A stretch of DNA of 64,000 bases from an uncultured Nitrososphaerales archaeon (GTDB lineage: Archaea; Thermoproteota; Nitrososphaeria; Nitrososphaerales; Nitrososphaeraceae). The notes under the pieces are model-generated. The model made no database searches and was not told the DNA's origin. It worked only from the letters and a program-made list of their open reading frames with translations. A program made the position numbers and the translations under genes. Positions 54,623-64,000 of this stretch are shown here, in pieces (the first letter of the stretch is position 1; the number at the start of each line of letters is the position of its first letter). The DNA is taken from positions 25,824 through 89,823 of the forward strand of contig CAVTUB010000006.1 of the NCBI GenBank assembly GCA_963737815.1, given 5' to 3'.

Positions 54623-54865
54623 TCAGTATGTCTTCATGCAGTTCGTAGTCACCATCTTAATTTCTTGAAATTTTATTTTTCCATTCGGAATTGCACCATG
54701 CTCCTGGCGCTGCTCAATGCGTTCACTCACTATGCTTTTGTGTTCAGAACATACGACTCCAACCATATATTCTCCACTCTCTGTGATGATAGAAATAACC
54801 TCTGACGGCGGATAATTACAGGGCATATTTTCTGTTCTAAATGAACATTGTTTGGGCAAAAGCAA
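54623..54865 (-). CDS. Small Cys/His-containing hypothetical protein, 80 aa
   Basis: C-x7-C ... VCSEH; TTG start. Confidence 0.65.
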   Translation of the reverse strand: MLLPKQCSFRTENMPCNYPPSEVISIITESGEYMVGVVCSEHKSIVSERIEQRQEHGAIPNGKIKFQEIKMVTTNCMKTY

Positions 54866-55045
54866 TAAAATAACCTTGTCCAGATGGAATAAAAACCTAT
54901 TTAATGAGAAGCCTGGATATTATCCAGGAAATGAATGTCCCATTTTCATTTTAGGCATGCAAGCACATGTGCCTATTAATTGCAGACTGCATCAAAGAAC
55001 ATCAAAGAACACTTAAAATAGGGAAATTATAAGGTTCCTCTTGCT

Positions 55046-55204
55046 ATGGCCGCCAGAAAGAACACGTCCAGAAAAAAAAGACTTTTGAGTCGTACAAAAC
55101 AGAATCGACCAGTTCCAGCATGGGTTATTATCAGAACCCATAGACATGTAAGAACCAATCCCAAGAGAAGGCTATGGCGGAGGTCCGATGTTAATGTTGG
55201 ATAA
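55046..55204 (+). CDS. rpl39e: 50S ribosomal protein L39e
   Basis: [14 protein letters not shown]...[10 protein letters not shown]; hand translation. Confidence 0.95.
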   Translation: MAARKNTSRKKRLLSRTKQNRPVPAWVIIRTHRHVRTNPKRRLWRRSDVNVG

Positions 55205-55241
55205 GAATAGTATTAGAAATAACTCAAGAGAGGATATCTAG

Positions 55242-55721
55242 ATGTCGTCATCCGCTGAAGAGAATCTATCACGGATTTACACAATAAATCTTGGAAAGGC
55301 TCAATTGACTCCCAGGTATAGAAGGACCGACAGAGTAATAAATATGATAAGAGAGTTTGCTAAAAAACACATGAAAAGTGGAGAGGTAAAATTAGATCAA
55401 GAACTAAACAGACACGTTTGGCAGAAGGGAAAAGCTAATCCACCTAGAAAATTGCGAGTCAGGATGATGAAAGATGAGGATGGGATTGTGATCGTTTCAC
55501 CCTACGAGGAAGCCGTAAGGAAAGAGGATGCAAAAAGTACAGTTAAAGCCGAGGATGTTGAAACAAAACCAACCGAGGAGCCGTTACCAGAAACAGAAAA
55601 GGCTCAAATGGAAGAACCAGATGATCAACAGGAAACCAAAGAAAAAGAGCCAACGAAAACAAAGAAGGGCAAGAAAAAGACAGAAGCTAATACTAAAAAA
55701 GGAAGAAAAACTAAGAAGTGA
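55242..55721 (+). CDS. rpl31e: 50S ribosomal protein L31e with charged C-terminal tail
   Basis: RIYTINL, IREFAKKHM, NPPRKLRV. Confidence 0.95.
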   Translation: MSSSAEENLSRIYTINLGKAQLTPRYRRTDRVINMIREFAKKHMKSGEVKLDQELNRHVWQKGKANPPRKLRVRMMKDEDGIVIVSPYEEAVRKEDAKSTVKAEDVETKPTEEPLPETEKAQMEEPDDQQETKEKEPTKTKKGKKKTEANTKKGRKTKK

Positions 55722-55866
55722 AACAAATGTCGCTATCAGACCTTTGTCTTAAATTAACAGATATAAAGACAAAATTTGCGTTGGTACCTTTCTGCTGAGT
55801 ATGCTCTGGTTTGTTGGAATCTTACACGACCAAGTTTTTTCGATATCGGATTACGACTTTATGATT

Positions 55867-56853
55867 TTATTCTAGATTGTTAGGAATCGTAATTTGGATA
55901 TCTGGGGAAGAGTCCATTTCATCCCAGTCAAGGATATTTTCCTTAGGAATTACTTCACCAAGTGGATCATAATTATCGAAACGAGTCTTTTCGTAAACAG
56001 CAGCAAGCAAATGCACTTTGACGGATTGTGAATTGGGCATCGCGAGGGTTACATCAATAACATCTTGTTGTTTGAAGATTTGTTGAAGTGTATTGGAGAT
56101 AGAATTCAAGGTGCCCACTGGAAGACTTGTTCCTCCCATAAGATACAAGGTAGCCATCCGTATGGATGAGGGGTCAGAGTTTTCATACAACATTCCAAGA
56201 CAATCCTTCACATGCGATTCAGTTGATTTGATATCTTGTCTGCCCGTGCACAAAAGGCTCACAGCGTTTTGGATGTAAGTAATTGAAATCGATGAAACGA
56301 CTTCGCATATTGCATCGTTTATGATATCATAGCATTCTTGTAAAGACAAGTCGGGGTTATTGTTTAGAAGTGCATCATTATCGATGACCACGGTGGCATC
56401 AGAGGATTCTCTTAGACGTCTAAGTGAAACACCGGCTTGAAATATCCTGTCTTTCTCAAATCTAAATGGCATTATGGCAAAAGAGATGACTTTTTTGGAA
56501 GGATGTTCCTTTGAGATTTTACTTATAAGTGGGGCAATTGCTGTACCACATCTTCCTGCCAAATTTGCAACCAACACTATCGTAGAATGTGCCTCCAAAC
56601 TAGATCTAATTTTCGCTTCAGAATAAATTCCCAGAGAGCGAATTTTGTGACTAGAGGGGTTTAACCATGATTGAGAATCAATAAAGACTGACTTGGATTT
56701 GTCGGGGTTAAGATCCCTCTTATCATTACTTATTAACAGACACTCACACCCGAGGTTTCTAGTCGAATTAGCGGCAAGCTTTGCTCCTACACCGCCTATG
56801 CCCACAATTAATAATGGATTTTGCAATTTTACAGAATCGTAACTGTCCACCAT
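55867..56853 (-). CDS. Divergent FtsZ/tubulin-like protein
   Basis: VGIGGVG, MPFRFE, VIDNDAL; signature loop reads LAGRCGTA. Confidence 0.82.
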   Translation of the reverse strand: MVDSYDSVKLQNPLLIVGIGGVGAKLAANSTRNLGCECLLISNDKRDLNPDKSKSVFIDSQSWLNPSSHKIRSLGIYSEAKIRSSLEAHSTIVLVANLAGRCGTAIAPLISKISKEHPSKKVISFAIMPFRFEKDRIFQAGVSLRRLRESSDATVVIDNDALLNNNPDLSLQECYDIINDAICEVVSSISITYIQNAVSLLCTGRQDIKSTESHVKDCLGMLYENSDPSSIRMATLYLMGGTSLPVGTLNSISNTLQQIFKQQDVIDVTLAMPNSQSVKVHLLAAVYEKTRFDNYDPLGEVIPKENILDWDEMDSSPDIQITIPNNLE

Positions 56854-56957
56854 ATTTCCCCCTATTTCGGAGTAGTTAAATCATTAGTTAAGAGTTTCGG
56901 TTGACGAACTAAAAACCTGCGATAGTGAATAATTGAGCCTCGCATTATACGTTTGAT

Positions 56958-58400
56958 CTATATCAAATTCCCTCGCAAGGCGTGTCTCGAAAAGTCGATA
57001 ACCTTTACATTGACTTTCGAGCCCAATGAAATAACGTCTCCTCCAACCTTACTAATATTGGAAGCAGTCACCATGATTGGTTTGTAAGCGTAATTTCTAC
57101 CCTGTACATGATTTTCAGCAATCTCATCTATTATAATATCGCCAGTCCACCCTTCCCACGGGGAGTTACGAGCAAAACTAATTTCCTTTAGAATTTTATC
57201 AAGATGCCGAGTTCTATTCTTGGTAATATGGCTAGGGACCTTTTTTTCAGTAGCTGCCAGGACCCCAGGTCTTGCGCTATACTTTGACAAATTTACAATG
57301 TCTGGCCGAGCGGCCTGTAGCAAGTCTACAGTTTGCCGAAAATCATCCTCGGTTTCTGATGGATAGCCAATGATAATGTCAGTTGCTATTGTGATTTCTG
57401 GGATCTTATCTCTGAAGACTCTCACTGCGTTCAAAAACGTTTGGGCTGAATGACCTCTTTTCATCTTTCCCAAGATCCTATCACTTCCGCTCTGTACAGG
57501 GATATGTAAAAACTTGAATACTTTGTTATTTTGAGAAAAAATATCGAGGAGTGAATGTAACAATTGTGGAATATACATTGGATTCATCATGCCTACTCGA
57601 ATCTTGAAATCTCCCTCAATTCCACAGCACCGTAAGAGTAAGTTGGCTAAATCCGTACCGATATCCCTACCGTAGCATCCGTTATCAGTAGACGAAAGCC
57701 AAATTTCTTTGCATCCCTGGTTGACGTCTATCTGAATCTGCCTGATTATATCCCCTGGTCTGTAGCTTGTTAAATCGCCTTTTACCAGCTTTGTTTGGCA
57801 AAAAGAACATTCACTCATGCATCCGCTAGCTATCTGTACTATGCTCACTGCAGAATTGAGGCGTAATTTGGGTATGTTTAACTTTTGATTAAATTTATTT
57901 TCTTCAAGTTCCACTTGCTTTCGACCGGAAGATGCGGAGCGGACAACTTCTGTTATCTTTTCGATTGTGTCAGGCCCGATCAAACTTGCTGTTGGATTTA
58001 CAGATTCGACTTTGAGCCTGTCGGCTTTTGGAAGACAACCCGCAACAACCAAAGGGTTTCCTGATTCAGAAAGCTTTGCTATTCTATGCAACATTCTATG
58101 CTCCGTGACATCCTTAACGGAACAAGTGACAATGATATTAATCGAAGCATCATGCGAAGTCTCAGAGATCTCGTATCCATCATTTCGTAAGAGACCTGAT
58201 ATGATTTCGGAATCATTAATGCTTGCAGAACAACCATATGCTTCAATCCAAACTTTTTCTTTAGGTTCGCTGATCTGGTCTCCATCTAGTGCGAAGATCG
58301 AACCTTGAGAGGATGACTCATTCAAGTCTGGTTTTCCAGAACACTTCTGGTCCCCATCCGTATTATCAGATCTATTTTCAAAGGGAATCGAGGGCAACAT
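56958..58400 (-). CDS. tRNA methylthiotransferase (MiaB/MtaB-like radical SAM, archaeal type)
   Basis: YGCSAS, TCSV, AGC, GCMSECSFC, HIPVQSGS, C-terminal TRAM. Confidence 0.9.
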   Translation of the reverse strand: MLPSIPFENRSDNTDGDQKCSGKPDLNESSSQGSIFALDGDQISEPKEKVWIEAYGCSASINDSEIISGLLRNDGYEISETSHDASINIIVTCSVKDVTEHRMLHRIAKLSESGNPLVVAGCLPKADRLKVESVNPTASLIGPDTIEKITEVVRSASSGRKQVELEENKFNQKLNIPKLRLNSAVSIVQIASGCMSECSFCQTKLVKGDLTSYRPGDIIRQIQIDVNQGCKEIWLSSTDNGCYGRDIGTDLANLLLRCCGIEGDFKIRVGMMNPMYIPQLLHSLLDIFSQNNKVFKFLHIPVQSGSDRILGKMKRGHSAQTFLNAVRVFRDKIPEITIATDIIIGYPSETEDDFRQTVDLLQAARPDIVNLSKYSARPGVLAATEKKVPSHITKNRTRHLDKILKEISFARNSPWEGWTGDIIIDEIAENHVQGRNYAYKPIMVTASNISKVGGDVISLGSKVNVKVIDFSRHALRGNLI

Positions 58401-58656
58401 GGAACACCAACAATTGATCGGAGTCGTACACCAACATGCCTATTAAAATGATTGTAAATGGGCAAGTAATGGACCGACCGGCCCACCAAACCGTCCATAG
58501 TCTATCATTAATTTCATGTTTGAAACAACTGTTTCTTATTTCGAGCAGACAGATTACAGCGTTGATATTTAGTTTCTAGACGACCCATAGCAACAGAAAA
58601 TTTGAATTGCTAAATAAATACCATTTCTCAAATTGTATCAAAAGCACAGGACTTTC

Positions 58657-60007
58657 CTATTCGTTAAGTATCCCTGATTCAACGATAGCCTCGGTGGCAG
58701 AAAATAACCTTTTCAGATCTCCAGGATTATGAGCCTCTGAGAAACATCCCATCTTGCCCGGCAGAAAAAATATATTGTATTTAGCCAGCAGTGACATATG
58801 GTATATATTTAACAGGTTCCGGTTTGAATTGGCTACGTCAAGAGCGTTATCCACTTTATTCTTCCCTGCATCTCTCCCAAGAAAGTGCGTCATAAACAAG
58901 AGACCCCATCCCAGTTATTTGTACATTAATTTTTGAGTCACTAAATATGCGTGAAAGTCTCTTTCTTGCTTGCTCTCCCAAATCATTTAACCTGCTATAA
59001 AGAGTCTGCTTGTTTTTTCTCAGATACTTAATAGTTGTCAGCCCCGCACTCATAGTGGCGGGGTTAGCCGAAAATGTCCCACCTCCGATTGAACATCGCT
59101 TATACTTCTGGTCTCTCGCAATAGGATCGGCCAGGGAAATTATTTCCTTCTTACCGCAAACAAGACCTACTGGCATACCTCCGCCGATTATTTTTCCAAG
59201 GGTAAATAGGTCCGGTTCAAGCTTGTATATGCTCATGGCACCATGAATGGAAACTCTGAACCCTGTCACTATCTCGTCAAGTATGAACAGACTTGAATTT
59301 TTCTTTGCAAATTCCTGCAATCCGACCAAGTATTCGCGCGAGGCTGGAATGCATCCCCCGGCTCCGAGAACAGGCTCAATGATTATGCCAGCCAAATCAT
59401 CTTTTATAGCGTCTAGTATCTTTATTGACCTATCCAAATCATTAAATGGTATCGATTCAACGAAATGTTCCTCTTCTTGCACCATCCCTAGGCTCTCGTC
59501 GAACTCAAAAGGATAATTTACACTTTGCAATAAAGTCGTGTTGAACCCGTGCCATCCTCCAATTACCTTTGCAATTACTCTCCTGCCAGTGGCCGCCCTT
59601 GCAAGACGTACAGCATACATTGTTGCTTCTGAACCTGTACTCGAAAATCGCATTAGCTCAGCCTTGGGCATCAGTCGTTGAATCGTCTCGGCTAGCTCGA
59701 CACTTAAAGCATTTGCCGTACCAAAGAGTATACCGGATTTAACCTGTCGGGAAGTCGCCGAAACAACAGCAGGGTGAGAATGACCAAGAATTAATGCCCA
59801 ATGACCCATCCAATAATCCGTATAAGTGTTACCATCAACATCGAGAAGGGTGTTCTTGACTGCCTTCTGCACGAAAAAAGGATATGGGCGAAAGAAGCGG
59901 ATGTTATGGTTTATTCCTCCAGGAAAAACTTGTAGCGAACGGTTGTAAAGTTTTTTGGATAAACGTGTCTTTCTTTCGTACGTTGCTTGGTATTCATTAA
60001 ATTTCAT
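58657..60007 (-). CDS. hemL: Glutamate-1-semialdehyde 2,1-aminomutase, frameshift at ~58900
   Basis: DVDGNTYTDY, SSTGSEAT, DEIVTGFR, GKIIGGGMP, GGTFSANP; joins as GMGSLFMTHF. Confidence 0.88.
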
Positions 60008-60214
60008 CTGTCTTTAGCAACGAAAATTCGTAGAGATTCTTTTATTTGTTTGGAGTCAGCTGTATTCGAAGTGGTAAGTGGTTGCATTAAAGGTAATGTA
60101 TAATGGTATTTTGAACTAGGATATCGTGGGGACAAAAAGTTTCAATACGTAAGGAAAGAAATAGGTGGATAGGTAAACAGATACTATTCCGTTTACGTAT
60201 GATGTTGGCTCGAA

Positions 60215-60228
60215 CGAAGATTTATATT
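60215..60228 (+). promoter_or_regulatory. BRE/TATA promoter candidate of the rRNA operon
   Basis: Purine-rich CGAAGA followed by TTTATATT, ~240 nt upstream of 16S. Confidence 0.55.
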
Positions 60229-60371
60229 CTAATTACGTGCGATGCTGTTCTGAACGTAATCTATAAGGCGGCGTCAGTGAGGATGTATTGGTCCTAGAGC
60301 CATTTTGTGATCCACTGACCTCCAGTTGCGCTCATAATATGGAGGTTCAATGTGTATCATTGAATCTGACG

Positions 60372-61988
<1,617 letters not shown>

Positions 61989-62249
61989 AAATCAGACTAC
62001 GGACAAAGATGCAATTCTTTCTGCGATGCAGAAAGAATGAAGGATGTAGTAAACGCGAGTTTACGATGATCGTCATGTATACGATTGACAATAACTGCGC
62101 TACGAAGATGTTATAAGATAACATCATCGACAGAAGAAAATGTGGTTTATCAATGGTAAAACGTGAATATGTTCGCGTAAAACCAAAGGACTTTAGACAT
62201 ACATCATGAAAATACTACTACCACAATAGGATTGTGAACTTGAACTGGT

Positions 62250-64000
62250 GCAAAGACGCCGGTTGGTGGATGACTCGGCTTGATAAGTGATGAAGGACGT
62301 GGCAAGCTGCGATAAGCTTGGGGTAGGTGCATGCGACCGTTGAACCCAAGATCTCCGAATGAGGTCTCTCTTTTATACTCCCTTGCTTACGCTGGGGAGG
62401 GCGAACTGTCCGAAGTGAAGCATCTGAGTAGGACGAGGAAGAGAAATCAATTGAGATTCCGCTAGTAGCGGCGAGCGAAAACGGAAGAGCCCAAACTGAA
62501 TCTGTTATGGTAACATAATAGAGATGTGGTGCGTTATAGCGCATAGGATGCTGTTCTCGGAGCTGAAGTGCTCTGGAATGTGCTGGCAAAGAGGGTGACA
62601 CCCCCGTAAGCAAATGAGAATTGCATCCTGCTATGATAAGAGTAACTGGCCTTGGCAGTGGCCAGTGACTACGGGTGAAAGTAGCATCTAAGGCTAAATA
62701 TTCATCAAGACCGATAGCATACTAGTACCGTGAGGGAAAGTTGAAAAGTACCCCGGAAGGGGGGTGAAAAGCGCCTGAAACCAACCGGTTACAGACGTGT
62801 ATGGCTCGAAAGGATTTAGGTGGAGGTTCCGCAAGGATCTGAAGCCTTCTAGAGTTATATGTTCCGTCTAGAAACACGGGCCAGGGAGATTGCTGTTATG
62901 GCGAGCTTAACCTCTTACAGAGGGGAAGCGAAGGGAAACCAAGTTCGCGCAGCTTCGGCGAGGCGAAGGATCTGAAAGGGTCTTCAGTCATAGCAGTAAG
63001 GCTAGAAACCGGACGATCTAGTCCTGGATAAGACGAAGGCGAGCGAAAGCTCGCTGGAGGTCTGCAAGGGTCCTGACGTGCAAATCGGTCCCCTGATCTG
63101 GGATTAGGGGTCAAAAACCAATCTAGTCCGGTGATCGCTAGTTCCCACCGAAGTGGATCGCAGTCCTGCCTTAGTGGAGATGGCTTGTTCTGTAGAGCAC
63201 CGATCGGACGGTAAGGGCTCGAAAGGGCTCACCGTTCATTCGAACTCCGAATGTACAAGCGTCTGAGAAGCTAGGAGGCGGGTTTATGTGGGGTAAGCCT
63301 CATAACCGAAAGGGGGACAACCCAGACTAAAGTTAAGGTCCCCAAATGTCTGCTAAGTGTCAAACAAAAGGGTGTTTTCGAGCAGAGACAGCAGGAAGGT
63401 AGGCTCAGAAGCGAGCCATCCTTCAAAGAGTGCGTAACAGCTCACCTGCCGAGCTTGGAAGCCCCGAAAATGGACGGGGCTCAAGCAGACTACCGATACT
63501 TTAGACCGCCAGCAAGGCTGGTGTGTGGTAGGTGGGCGTAGTGATTGGGCAGAAGCTGGGCTGTGAAGTCCAGTGGACCGATCAACTATTGCAGATCCTG
63601 GTGGTAGTAACAGCATAGCCGGGTGAGAATCTCGGCGACCGTAAGGGCAAGGGTTTCCCGGCAATGCGTCGTCAGCCGGGAGTTAGCCGGTCCTAAGAAC
63701 AACCTCAACAGAGTTGTCCGAATGGGAAACTGGTTAATATTCCAGTGCCTTGGAAGATCGTTAATACCAGCCTGTCGCTTCAGGATAGGGTGAACAGAAC
63801 CGTCGTTCTGTCCAAGTATTCGAGTTTTAGGGAGTGCCGTAATGGCGAGAACTAGGACGAGGTACGAATGGCCTTCCGCAAGGAGGGTTCACTTGAATCC
63901 AGGAGACAATGAAAGCAGTAACTGGGAGATTCTTTCAAGACCGTACCGAGATCCGACACTGGTGCCCTGGATTAGTAGTCTAAGGTCTGTCGGGCATACC
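62250..64000 (+). rRNA. rrl: 23S rRNA, 5' part (truncated by window end; 5' end approximate)
   Basis: GGTGGATGACTCGGCT, GAAGGACGTGGCAAGCTGCGATAAG, AGTACCGTGAGGGAAAG, GAGTGCGTAACAGCTCAC, GACCGTACC. Confidence 0.98.

Noticed and set aside
273-59516. Many antisense or nested ORFs of 60-170 aa (e.g. 3205..3672, 18272..18691, 49289..49810)
   Set aside because: Shadow frames of well-supported genes
2718-60007. About ten split genes (gltX, mvk, nuoB, nuoC, nuoM, rpl10e, 3HP-CoA synthetase, gdhA, dnaG tail, hemL) as pseudogenes or programmed frameshifts
   Set aside because: All are conserved or essential, each is repaired by one base, both halves are undegraded, at least two lie in homopolymers, no shared slippery heptamer is present, and the 23S rRNA has the same kind of insertion; sequencing error is the simplest explanation

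Overview
Chromosomal segment of an ammonia-oxidising-archaeon-type genome, most likely soil Nitrososphaeraceae (Thaumarchaeota group I.1b). Support: archaeal 16S/23S rRNA next to hemL, an 11-subunit complex I (nuoABCDHIJKMLN, no nuoEFG), an ADP-forming 3-hydroxypropionyl-CoA synthetase of the HP/HB carbon-fixation cycle, and a degenerate FtsZ. No amo genes are in the window. It holds the conserved rpoN-eno-rps2-MEMO-mvk-ipk-fni-GGPPS-gltX string, four tRNAs (one with a D-loop intron), housekeeping genes, and an accessory stretch (~28.6-39.5 kb) rich in small Zn-binding proteins. About ten conserved genes carry single-base frameshifts that look like assembly errors; four insertions (one in the 23S rRNA) fall at GCWGC sites, which may reflect DNA methylation. 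Best leads: a CADD-type self-sacrificing pABA synthase homologue; a C2H2 zinc-finger gene behind a 28-bp palindrome and a 6-codon uORF; an att-like repeat at tRNA-Ile2; and prenyl-tailoring genes bracketing complex I. All calls come from reading the sequence and recalled family motifs; no database searches were run.
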